From contig JAGIQG010000016.1 of the NCBI GenBank assembly GCA_024679065.1, positions 39,246,001-39,310,000 of the forward strand: a stretch of 64,000 nucleotides of DNA, written 5' to 3'. Positions 50,825 through 62,234 of the stretch are shown here, in pieces (within the stretch, counting starts at the first letter, position 1; the number at the start of each line of letters is the position of its first letter). The notes below the pieces were generated by a model. That model searched no databases. It was not told where the DNA came from and saw nothing but the letters and a program-made list of their open reading frames with translations. This DNA comes from Sphyrna mokarran (Eukaryota). The position numbers and the translations under genes are program-made.

Positions 50825-53240
50825 TTTTTTTTTTAAGCAACACAGCACGGGAAACAGGCCCTTCGGCCCAACGAGCCCGCGCCACCGTAATACCAAATCA
50901 TTATCCTATTTTAATAGTCCTATATAATAATATATATATTAATCCTAATTTGGAAAATTTTCACCATAGGGACAATTTGTTACCCAATCAGCCTAAGAGC
51001 GAATTTTTGGGTTGTGGGAGGAAACCGGAGTGCCCGGAGAAAACCCACGCAACCACGGGGAGAACGCGCAAACTCCCGCAGACACCGGCCCAATTCCAAG
51101 TGTCTGCACAGCCACATCGATAGTCTCTGAGCTGTCATGGTGCCCTTCAGGTGGTCCACATAAAGCACTCATATACGACATGAGGTACCAGGCAACCCAT
51201 GAATCAACATCCAAGAGCTGTACCCGCACCACCTGCCGAATGCGTGCTCAAATTATGGACCGAATTACCTGTGAAAAAAAGCCGTAGTTAAACAGTCCTA
51301 ATATATCCCTCTATCTGCATACCGCTCATGTGGCTGTCCAAGAGACCCTTAAACAGCCCCAGCGTGCCTGCTCCCACCACCTTACTCGGCAGTGCATTCC
51401 ACACCCCCACTACCCTTTGTGTGAAAAACTGCCCTCTAATATTCGTCCTATACATAGCCCCCCTCACCCTATGGCCATGACCTCTCGTCCTATCCATTTC
51501 TAAAGGTGGAAAAAGTTTACCTCCATTTACTCTATCTATACCCCTTATAATCTTATACACCTCTATGAGATCCCCTCTAAGCCGACGTCTTTCAAGGGAA
51601 AACAACCCCAGTCTATCTAATCGTTCCTCATAGGACAGTCCTTCCATACCAGGCAGCATCCTGGTAAACCTCCTCTGCACTCTCTCCAAGGACTCCACAT
51701 CCTTCCGATAGTACGGAGACCAGAACTGGGCGCAGTATTCCAAGTGAGGCCTAACCAAAGTTGTATACAACTGCAACATCAAACTCCTACTCTTATATTC
51801 TATACCCTTTTCTATGAAAGCTAACATACTATACGCCTTCTTTGTCACCTTCTCCACCTGTGAGACTTGTGAACCTGCACCCCCAAGTCTCTCTGCGTCT
51901 CTATGCTCCTTATAGTTTTACCTTTTATCCTATAATTCTCTTCTACATTTTTCCGGCCAAAATGCATCACCTCGCATTTTTCCGGATTAAATTCCATTTG
52001 CCATCTATCTGCCCAATCTACCAACCTGTCTATGTCCTGTTGTATTGCCTGACACTGCTCTTCTGTACCCGCCAATCCAAGCATCTTGGTGTCATCAGCA
52101 AATTTGCTGATCTCACCACCTACCCCTACTTCCAAGTCGTTTATGTAGACCACAAATAGAAGAGGACCTAGTACTGAGCCTTGTGGCACTCCACTAGTGA
52201 CAGGCTTCCAGCTGGAAAAAGAGCCTTCCACTACTACCCTCTGTCTCCTCCTTCCGAGCCAGTTTTCGACCCATCTACATACCCGACCCTGTATCCCATG
52301 CGCCTTCACCTTCTCTATCAGTCTACCATGAGGAACCTTGTCAAACGCCTTACTGAAATCCATGTAGACGACATCAACAGCCTGTCCTTCATCAACTGTT
52401 TTTGTCACTTCTTCAAAAAATTCCACCAGATTCGTAAGACAAGACTTCCCCTTGACGAAGCCATGCTGCGTATCCCTGATCAGATCGCAGCGCTCCAGAT
52501 GCTCATACATCCTGTCCCTGAGGATCCTCTCCATTAGCTTACCTATAACTGAAGTCAAGCTCACCGGCCTATAGTTCCCTGGGTGATCCCTCTGACCTTT
52601 TTTAAACAACGGTACTACGTTTGCTATCCTCCAGTCCTCTGGGACCTCACCTGTGTCCAAGGAAGAGACAAAGATTTGCGTCAGAGGCCCAGCCAAGTCT
52701 TCCCTCAACTCCCTTAGCAGCCTGGGGTAAATGCCATCAGGCCCCGGAGCTTTATATGTCTTTAAGCTGCCTAACAGCCCCAACACCTCTTTCCTCGTAA
52801 TCCTTATTTCCCTCAACCAATCTTCAACTTTGTCAACATCAGGCACAGACATCTGTCCAGTCTCCTGCGTGAATACCGACGCAAAGTATTCATTCAGGAT
52901 CTCCCCCATTCCCTCAGGCTCTAAGCATAGATCCCCTCCACTGTCCCTAAGAGGTCCAATCTTGCCTCTAACCATCCTTTTGCTCCTTACATAGGTGTAA
53001 AATGCCTTTGGATTTTCTTTAATCCTACCTGCCAGAGCCACCTCATGGCCCCTTTTTGCCTTTCTAATACCCCTTTTTAGATCCCGTCTACACTCTCTAT
53101 AAGCTTCCAGCGCTATCTCAGTCCCTAGTTGCCTAGATCTAATGTAAGCCTCTCTCTTTTTCTTGATCAAGTCCTCAATCTCCCTGGTAAGCCAAGGTTC
53201 TCTAATCCTACCTTTCCCATGTTGGGATCCTACCAATCCC
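50825..53240 (-). mobile_element. Young 5'-truncated CR1 LINE: ORF2 RT nearly intact, ~460-bp 3' UTR, poly(A)
   Basis: Long open frames 51845-53240 ([35 protein letters not shown]) and 51288-51857; CpG-rich; apparent 4-bp TSD AAAT (50821-50824/53241-53244); 3' stem-loop GGCC-GAAG-GGCC. Confidence 0.96.
51288..53240 (-). pseudogene. CR1 ORF2 reverse transcriptase (truncated, one frameshift)
   Basis: Two overlapping ORFs joined by an apparent 13-nt deletion at ~51862 (HKS..QVEK versus HRSLKAATQVDK in the 12.3-kb copy). Confidence 0.93.
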
Positions 53241-54759
53241 AAATGTTGGTAATGGGCCTGCTTCCACCACCTACTCTGGCAATGCGTCCCAGGTACCAAC
53301 TACTTTCTGTATGAAAGCTTCTTCTGCACGTCTTTCTTAAACTTTCCCTCCCTCATCTTGAACCTGTGCCTCCTTGTAATTGACACTTCCAGTAGAGGAA
53401 AAAGCCTCTGACTATCCACCCTGTCTATGCCTCTCATAATTTTGTAGACCTCTATCAGGTCTCCTCTCAGCCTTCAACCAGCATCTTTCCAGCGAAAATA
53501 ATCTTAGTTTATTCAACCTCTACTCATAGCCAACACCCTTAAGACCAGGCAATATTTTGGTGAACCTTCTTTGCACCTTCTCCAAAGCTTCCACATCCCT
53601 CCAGTAGTGTGGTGACCAGAACTGCACTCAATAGTCCAAATGTAGCCTAAGAAAAGTTTTATGTGACTACAAAATGTAGTCTCTACACTCTTGTACTCAG
53701 TGCCCCAACTGATGAAGGCAAGCATGGCCACCTAGGTTGCCACTTCCAGGGAACTGTGAACCTACACGCACAGATCCCTCTGTATGTTAATCTTCTTAAG
53801 GTTCTGCCATTTCCAATATAATTCACACCTAAATTTGAGATTTCAAAATGCATCACCTCACATTTGTCTTGAATAAACTCCATCTGTCATTTCTGTGCCC
53901 AAGTTTCCACGATATACCAGGTTGTATCCTCTGACAATAGCTGGCATTATCAGCAACCCTTGTTGAAAGTTTTGGGAAAGTCCATGAAATCAGATGTCCA
54001 GCCAAACAGTGCATCAGTGACCTTTTTTACTGAAGAATGTCTGCAGCTTAGTTATATTACATACATCTGCAGCTGCAACCTGGAATGACCCTGATGCATC
54101 AAAATTCAGGCTGTTGGTGACCTTAACAACCACCCCATAGGCAAAGCAGTGCCCACTGTAATTCCTGCTGTAAACTTATATTGACAAGCAATCTCCTGCT
54201 GTACTTATTTTTACTACTTCAAGTAGCTCAATCTGAGCCTGTGCACTCTATCAGCGTGGCAAAGCTGGCCCACCAGCTTTCTGGATCCTTCAGTAGGCTT
54301 TTGTTTTAATCTTGGGAATTTTTAAATCGGTTGTTGCTGCTATTGTTTCACCTTTTTTTACAGTCAGTAAGGAGATGGCCGACACTCAATAGTGAGTATT
54401 CAGCAGAATGGTTGAAATAACAAAAATTGCAAAAGGGAAAGGCACGATTTCATCTATAAAACTGCCTTGGTAAACCTCCTAGAATGCCCCATGTAGTTGT
54501 CACTGAACAAATTCTTTGCTGTTAAGTACCCCTTTAAATATTACCAGAAGTGTCTGTTTCTGACCTGTACATCTTTAGATGGTTTCAGCATTGAGGGGTT
54601 ATCATGTTAAAATGCATGATAAGGTTTTGGGATCTATCTGAAACAGTCAGAAGAAGATTTGCACACTAATGAAACTTTTTGTTGATCAAGGCTAGCTGCC
54701 CCAGCTTTCTGTGTCCTGGTCACAATTAAAATGGTGGCACGTGGACTGGCAAAAGAAAC

Positions 54760-57575
54760 TGTATTGATGGCCTGAAGGACATGGGGTATTGTCAATAAGT
54801 CACCTCGTGGGCTTCATGGAATACGAGTTCTCTCATTGAGAAAGCAGGGACTTGCCCTGTATGAAGCACTCAGTGGGGATTTTTAAACATGTCATTCTTC
54901 TGGACCTTTGTTGTTGGTCCCAAGGTGCTGAATTGCTTAGCTGTGAGCTGTGGGAGAGGTCTCTTTCTTGGTACAGAACAAAGGGCGTGTGGTTACGGGA
55001 AACTGGTATTTGGCTGAAATATTACATTGGCAATGAGGATAGGATAGGGTTACATCCAGTAGAGGATAAGGTAAAGGCCATCAAAGAAATATCACCCCCT
55101 AGAAGCACCACAAGTTGAAATCCTTTCTGGGACTAATAAACTATTATGGAAGTTTAATCCTGAGCTCGGTTTCCATGGTAGCCCCATTGCACGTCCTACT
55201 GCAAAAATACCCGAGATGGTCCTGGGAAACTTTGCAAGTACAGATTATATCTAAAGTTAAACATCAGCTCCTGTTGATTAACCTACCGGCCCATTTTGAC
55301 CCTAAGAAAGAATTTATATTGACTTTTGATGCTTACCCATGTGGGCTGGAGCAGAGCTGTCACATTGCTGGAAAGGCGGGAAAGAAAACCCATCATGTAT
55401 GCTTCCAGATTCCTTTCAGACATGGAGTGACAGTATTCTCAGATGAGAAAGAAGCATTGGCGGTCGTATTTGGTGTGAAAAATTTCTATCAATACGTGTC
55501 TGATAGATTTGTTTTATAGTTACTGACCCTAAAGCCTTGTTTGACCTTTTCTGTCCCATTGCTTCCACATGGATTTAGTGATGGGCCTTGCTATTGATGG
55601 CCTATGAATATCTTTTAGAACACCATCACCTGAATAACTAAGGTTGACACACAGAGTCACCTCCTATTGTTCACAGAGTACCAGCATTGGCAGAGGTCAT
55701 GATGACTCTGAAGTTTTGGGAGACTTTGCCAGTGTCAACAAGTCAGGTTAAACTTTGGGCTAAAAAAATCCAACTCTTTCTAAAATAAGGCACATGATTT
55801 TGCACAGAAGATTCCAGGGACAATCCTCTGAAGAAATGAAATCTTACCTCAGGAAGAAAGATGAAAGTGTCGAGGATGGGATCATTCTTTGGGGGGTCCT
55901 GACTAACTGTTCTACCCCCAGGATGACATCCAATATTAATGGAACTACATAATGGCCATCAGGAGAATCCAAAATGAAGACGTTGGCTAGCAGTTACATC
56001 TGGTGGCCAGTCTTGAATCTGACATCACAGGCCTGGTAAAATGATGTGACCTCTAACAGCAAAAACTCCCTCCCTCAGCCGTCCCACATCTAGGAAGTAG
56101 GCTAGCAGGTTATGGGTATGTGTACATGTGGAGCTTGCAGGACCCTTTATGGGTTCCATGTTTTAATCATGACGGATGCACATTCCAAGTGGTTGGAAGT
56201 ATACTGTATGGGCTCCATGGCTTCCCAAGCTATGATCAAGAAATTACAGTAAGAGGTCTGGCAACACCAATTTTAAATCCAACCAATTTATTTGATAGTA
56301 AATCTGCTAGCTTTCAGCATTTGTGCCTTCGTCAGGTGAATGAGGTGTGCTGGTTTTGGAGACCAGAACATCTCATTTGTGTTGGTGTTGCTAGACCTCT
56401 TACTGAGTTTACCCCAGTCCAACGCCGGCATCTCTACATCTAGAAATTACAGCATAGCTTCAGTATACACAGAATACGTGATGTCCTGGTTTCCAATAAT
56501 GACACGGCCTTTACTAGTGATGATTTCAAGAACTTTGTGTTCTCCGATGGTATCCAGCACATCTAGACTGCACCTCATCATCAATTGTCAAATGGATTGG
56601 CAATATGGCAGTGCAAACCTTCAAATACAGTACAAAAAAACAACTGCCAACATCCATGGAGACCAAACTTGTATACTTTTTATTTGATTACAGGACCACA
56701 CTGCACACAAAAACATGTGTGGCCCCTGTAGAGCTGTTAATGGTTGGCAGCTTCATACCAGGTTAAGCCTGCAATTCCCAAGTCTGATGGGGAAGGTGGA
56801 GTCCCAAAAAGAAAACCAAAAAAAAATTAAAATTCTCCGAGGAAAGAAAGATCTTTCTCAATGAGTGATCTAGTTCATATCAGAAACTTTGGGGATGGTC
56901 CCAGTAGGGTCCCTGGGATCATTAGGGAGGAAACAGGACCAGTATTGTATAAGGTCCGGGGTAAAGCCTTGAGGAAACACTTGGACCATTTGAGAGCCAC
57001 GGAGTCTTTGCTCAAGCACGTTTCACTGCCGGCTATGGAGACAGCCGCTGCCCTCAAAGTTGATTCAGTGTTAATCCTTCTGGATAGTGGAGGTACAGAT
57101 TTGTGACAGAGGCTGAAGAAGTGGGCATCAAGGCTGAAGCAAGATCTGAGGAAAAACACACTTCAGTAACACCTTGATGCTCCTTCCAGTAAGGAAAGTC
57201 CCCTGTTCGGTTTATGCCATCTGATTCATTTCTGTCATCAAAAGATCTCTGAGCAATTGCTAAATGACACTAAAGACTTCCTCCCAATAGAGCTGCTGGG
57301 AGAGACTCGGACGTTATGATGGCCATGAAGACTATGAAGGATCTTTGATAGATCTCCTTCCGGATTTTCTAAGTACGAGCTCCCTTATTGAGCAAGAGGA
57401 GGCTTCTCAAATAAGAAGCATTCAGCAAGGGCTTTTAAACTTGTCCCTTCACTCAGACCAATGCTTAAGTCCCAAAGTGTTTAAAATACCTAACTGTGAG
57501 CCACAGGGACAGTCTCCTTCTTGGTACACAACAAAGGGTGCTTGGTGAGGGATAACTATGGCAATAGAGCAGTTA
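54760..57575 (+). mobile_element. Ty3/Gypsy LTR element lacking gag, PR and most of RT
   Basis: LTRs ~54760-55026 and ~57312-57575 share TACGAG.TC.C..ATTGAG and TCTTGGTACA.AACAAAGGG; PBS-like TGGCAATGAGG at 55028; GLHPVEDKVKAI, KSFLGLINYY, EKEALAVVFGVK, integrase remnants, VHIRNFGDGP..PGII..TGPVLYKV. Confidence 0.9.
56250..56441. mobile_element. Short fold-back Penelope pLTR insertion inside Gypsy integrase
   Basis: TSD AGAAATTACAG at 56239-56249 and 56442-56452; minus-strand hammerhead CAC-CTGACGA-A-GGCA(CAAA)TGCT-GAAA-GC-TA (~56306-56338); right arm internally deleted. Confidence 0.92.
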
Positions 57576-57905
57576 AGCCCTGTGTTTCTGATTTTCACAG
57601 TGCTGCTTCCTCACTTTCCTTCAAACAAGGATGAAAATGAACCCTCTCATATGGATGTTTGGACTGAAAGACTCTCTTCAGCACTTAGATGAAAAGTGCT
57701 CACAACATTTTCATCTCGGAATTCTGTAATGGCATCATGAATTTATAAAGTATTTTAATTTTCTGCTTAATGTTTGAAGTGCACAGGCACAACTCTAAGA
57801 TCTTTTGGAAACTGCCATTTGATTTTACATGGAATTAGTGATAGACCTGGATGATGTTTGGAAATTTTGGTGAGATGGAGATAATGATTGGAATTGTAAG
57901 GATGT

Positions 57906-58405
57906 GGGAGCAATCCTGCCAGTGTAGCTGAAACTGTAGTGGCAGGTGGCAGGAGACAGAGTCATATTTTATTATTCAGGTGGGTGGTCCTCACCAAGGG
58001 TTGCCGGCTCAAACAGATCAGCAGTGTCACTGTTTGTGGATACAAGCATATTGATGTCTATGTGCCTTCAATCGCAGATAACTGGCCTGGTTTGCTAAAG
58101 ACAGATGGTGCTGTTGCTGTGTGAGATGTCATTATTACTTTTGAACCCTTCTGTGGGCCAAAATGTGCCCAAAAAGGAATACCACCCGGAGCCTGCCAGG
58201 AGTTATCTTGCATTCTCTCCATGTGATACAGCTCCTCCAACCCCACACAATGAGGTTCTGGGCAGGCAAGCCATCTGTCACCTTTCCAGCCATTGGCAAA
58301 ATGGCATGACAGCAGAGAGGCATTGTGATGCCATGTGCCACCCTGCCATTTTGATATCCTTTCTGGCTCGTAGCCCATCTGTAATGGGCTGGTAAAATTC
58401 AGCCC
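57906..58405. mobile_element. ~500-bp Harbinger-type MITE
   Basis: Ends GGGAGCAATCCTGCC / GGTAAAATTCAGCCC resemble the other GGG..CCC MITE termini. Confidence 0.55.
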
Positions 58406-59234
58406 AATAAAGCTGTCAAGGCCTTGTTATGTTATGGAGTTTGTAAACTGTTCCAGATGATCTGTGAGATTAATTGTTGATCCAGGAGTGCAAACGATTT
58501 GATGAATACTTGTTTTGTGGTCTTGTAAACCCTGGGAAACTGTCAGACAGGAATGAAAATCAGAAACTATATGGTGATAGCATCTAATGAGACTGTGCAA
58601 AATACATAAAAAAGTGACACCAAGGGGGTGATTTTATGATTGTGTTGAGCCCATTTTCAGGTGTGAAAACTTGGTAAAGTCAGTCATGAGGCAAATAGTG
58701 CAATCCATGCTCATATTCGTGCCGATTTCCCCTTTACCAAGGCCTGAAAATGGCCAAGATTGACACCAAGGCTGAAACAAGTGCAATGCGTTTGCGTGCA
58801 TTTAAATTGAATTAATGGGCTGTCTGTCCAACTTTACAAGCACTTTCCCCTTTACCACCACATTCATTAATCCCAGATTGGCACGAAACAGACATGCTTA
58901 ATATAAGTCCAATTTGGATGCTTCATCAGTGAAGGTTTATGTGGGAGATAAATGCATGGCGTCCGACAACTGTCTGCTTTGGGTGTCCTGTTGTTGCGGC
59001 CATTTTCTATCTCGGGTCAGTAGTGGCTCTGAGACTATATGGGGGAATGGGGGGCAGGGGGCTGTTGCTCTGCAGGCTCTCCGATGTTTGTCTTGCAGCA
59101 CAGACCCGGATCTCAGCACTGACCTCAGGTGTTGCTGTGCTGCTGAGTCCTAGCTCACTCAGTTCACTTCCAGCTGAAGGATGTATGCAAAGTCTTTGCA
59201 AATTGCACTGCTGCATCCTCTCAATTTTGCAAGG

Positions 59235-59780
59235 AGCTGTGATTGTGGGTAGCATGCAGCTGGAGGAATTGGGAGGCTGTGAGTGTGGGGGGCATGTGGC
59301 TGGAGGAATTGGGAGGTTCTTATTTGGGGGGGCATGTGGCTGGAGGAATTGAGAGGTTGTGATTGTAGGGGGCATGTGGCTGGAGGAATTGGGAGGCTGT
59401 AGGTGTAGGGGGCATGTGGCTGAGGGAATTAGGGGGCTATAATTTTGGGGAGCACGTAGCTGGGGGAATTGGGGTTCTGGGATTGTGGGGAGCATGTGCT
59501 GGGGGACTGGGAGGCTGTGATTGTGGGGGGCATGTGGCTGGAGAATTGGGGGTACTGGATTGTGGGGGCATGTGGGTGGGGATTGGGAGTACTGGAATTG
59601 TGGGGACATGTGGCTGGGGAATTGGGAGGCTGTGATTGTGGGGGGCATGTGGCTGAGATTGGGGTACTGGGATTGTGGGGGGCATGTGGGTGGGGGAATT
59701 GGGAGTACTGGAATTGTGGGGAGCATGTGGCTGGGGGAATTGGAAGGCTGTGATTGTGGGGAGCATGTGGCTAAGGGAGT
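59235..59780 (+). repeat. G-rich minisatellite, ~39-bp unit, ~14 copies
   Basis: Unit GGGGCATGTGGCTGG(A/G)GGAATTGGGAGGCTGTGATTGTG with variants. Confidence 0.95.
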
Positions 59781-59827
59781 TGTGCGATGGGGGCTAAGAT
59801 TGTGGATGTGTTAGGGGGAAGCAGTAT

Positions 59828-60470
59828 TGGCCAATGTTGTTATGCTGCAAGAAAGGATGTCCTGAGACATGGTAATTAGGGACACCACGCAGATGCTACA
59901 ACAACGATTGAATGAACACCACTCAACAATCACTAGGCAAGAGTGTTCTCTTCCTGGTGGGGAACACTTCAGCAGTCATGAGCATTCAGCCTCTGATATT
60001 CAGAAAGGTTTCTCCAAGGCAGCCTTCATGATACACGGCAACCAGAATCGTTAAGCAGAAACTGATAGCCAAGCTCCACACACATGAGAATGGCCTCAAC
60101 CAAGATCTTGCGTTCATGTCACACTATCTATAATAGTGTCACTTGCCTGGGCTAGCAAAATCTCACTAACTGCTCTGGATGGAGATAAATATACATTTCC
60201 TTAAACTGTGCTTGGTCCTCTTTCTACTCACACTGTTTGTATCTTTAAGACTTGATTACCTGTAAAGACTCGTATTCCAACCATTATTTTGTGACTTGAG
60301 CTTGAGTCTGCAAATAACTTATTTGTGAACACAAATCCTCACTCATGTGATGAAGGAGCTTGAGACCCTGAAATCTAGTGCTGCCAAATAAACCTGTTAG
60401 ACCTTAAATCCTGATGTTGTGAGACTTTTTACTGTGCTTACCCCAGTCCAATGCCAGCATCTGCACATCA
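59828..60470 (+). mobile_element. Penelope-like 3' fragment (GIY-YIG C-terminus plus pLTR)
   Basis: CKKGCPETW..LQQRLNEHHSTITRQECSLPGGEHFS; ends ..CCCCAGTCCAATGCCAGCATCTGCACATCA; degenerate hammerhead at ~60343-60380. Confidence 0.9.
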
Positions 60471-60589
60471 ATGATTGGTGTCAGGGGAGAGAGAGGCAGA
60501 GAGAGAGAGAGAGAGAGAGGTATCACATAGCCATTGGATTCCAGAGGAGATGGGGGCCTTTCGCAGGAGGATCCAGGGGGGTGGTGAGG

Positions 60590-60760
60590 GAGATCACTCT
60601 GCCTGAGATTGGTGGAGGTGGGGGGCGGGGGGCATCTGCTGCCACTCTGCCTGAGATGAGTGAGGGGGAATTGCGGAGGTCTGCTACCACTCTGCTTGAG
60701 ATAAGTGAGGGGCCCAGGGGAGTCCACTGCCACTCTGCCTGAGATTGGTGGAGGGGAAGA
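60590..60760 (+). repeat. Short tandem repeat, ~45-bp period, 4 copies
   Basis: Recurring CACTCTGC(C/T)TGAGAT at ~60595, 60643, 60688 and 60731. Confidence 0.85.
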
Positions 60761-61660
60761 GGAGGCTGCGATCAGCATGGCTGGCGAGAGAGTGGGGGGA
60801 TAAGTGAGAGTAAATGTTGTGGGGATGGGGTAATGTCTGTGAGGGCCAGAGGAGGCATTAACACACCCAAGTGCAATTTTTTACTATGCATGCCCAGTTG
60901 AAGGCTCCAATCGGAGCAGCAGCATTTTGGGCACAATAAGCCATTCTCACAGGGCAAATCAGGTTTGTGAATTTTTTTTCTGGCTAAGTGCATATGAGGG
61001 TGCCTGAGAACAGGTTTTCAAGTCGGATCTGAATTACGCCCAGATTCAGCACTTAGAATCAAAATGGTAAAATCACGCCCCAAGAATATTAAGTGTTGAA
61101 AAGGTTACAGCAAGTCATGGATCCAATAGCTATTAATTATCACAGTTTCTGGTGCATGTTTATTAGGTTAAGTGTGGTCATAAACTGTGGGCAGTGCTGT
61201 CATGTCCACTACAAACAGAGATATTACAAACTTAAAAGCTTTATTTTTAAAAAAGCAATGACCTAAGGCCTGCTACAAAAGAGACTGAACCATACTTTCA
61301 GGTTTATTTCCTTAATCTATATTTAGTCTTTGTATGTGTGGTAATGTGTGTATGATCTCATGTTTAAACCTTCAGGACAAGTGTATGCTAATGAATAATC
61401 TTTTTCATTGTTAAATTCACAAAAGTTTGCTGCTTGAAATCATTTAAATTAGAACATGTCAATTGATGTGTTTCATGGTTCGTACCATTAGTCCTACTGA
61501 ATAAGTGATAAAATCTGAATAAATACGGGTTGTTTTAACTGTTGGTGGTGGTGTAAAGCAGCTGACAAAAGATGGACTAACATATGGAGGAGACATATCC
61601 TAAATAGCGACTGAGCTGTGATAATTCAGAAAAGTTTGAATCATACACGTTACGTTATAG

Positions 61661-62055
61661 TGGGTTTCTTCCATGGGTTTCCTCCAGATGCTCTGGTTTC
61701 CTCTCACAGTCCAAAAATGTGCGGGTTAGATTGATTGGCCAAGCTAAATTGAGCCTACTATCAGGGGATTAGCAGGGTAAATATGTGGGGTTGCGAGAAT
61801 AGGGTCTATGTGGGAATGTGGTCAGTGCAGATTTGATGGGCCGAAAGACCCCCTTCTATACTGTATGGGTTCTCTGATTCTATGATTAGTCAAGTGAGAG
61901 AGATGTTGCAGCAAAGCTGTGATTTAATTGGCACTTTAATCAGAGATAATGCAGGGTAAATATGTGGGGTTATGGGAATAGGAGCTGTATGGGATTGTAG
62001 TTGGTGCAGACTCGATGGGCCAAATGGCTTCCTTCTGCACTATAGGGATTCTGTG
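61661..62055 (+). mobile_element. 5'-truncated HE1 SINE (61661-61887) plus a second tail-only copy (61951-62055)
   Basis: Both contain GCAGGGTAAATATGTGGGGTT..GGTGCAGA.T.GATGGGCC..TTCT. Confidence 0.88.
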
Positions 62056-62128
62056 GTCAAATTAGGGAAGAGTAACAATGCAGATTAAAACCATATCTGA
62101 ATATCTTTCCAAAAACACTGTACACTAT

Positions 62129-62234
62129 GGTTCGAATTTTACTGGCATGCCTGCCCTGGGAATTGGGATGAGTGAAGATCGGAAAACAACATTCTCCATT
62201 GGCTTTGGGTGGACGTGTTGGTAAAATTCTGCGT
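62129..62234. mobile_element. 106-bp MITE
   Basis: TIR core GAATTTTAC / GTAAAATTC; TSD TAT (62126-62128, 62235-62237). Confidence 0.8.

Larger units (their letters stand above)
50668..53960 (-). mobile_element. Older CR1 3' fragment (50668-50824 plus 53241-53960) split by a younger CR1
   Basis: Joining the halves restores GATGCCTCTT-AAAT-GTTGGTAATG..GCTTCCACCACC; AAGAAC-type tail; DKCEVMHF motif. Confidence 0.88.
58624..61080. mobile_element. Large Harbinger-type non-autonomous element carrying minisatellites and a nested Penelope fragment
   Basis: TIRs GGGGGTGATTTTA.. / ..TAAAATCACGCCC; 3-bp TSD CAA (58621-58623, 61081-61083). Confidence 0.8.

Noticed and set aside
53241-53299. N-terminal MVPGTHCQ.. 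of the 484-aa ORF as a true start
   Set aside because: It lies in the older host CR1 beyond the 5' truncation point and TSD; the in-frame fusion is fortuitous
59235-59780. Regularly spaced repeats resembling a CRISPR array
   Set aside because: No unique spacers, no cas genes, vertebrate context; this is a tandem minisatellite
59007-59814. Several overlapping Pro-rich and Gly/Trp-rich ORFs (up to 239 aa)
   Set aside because: They are translations of the 39-bp minisatellite, open in multiple frames on both strands
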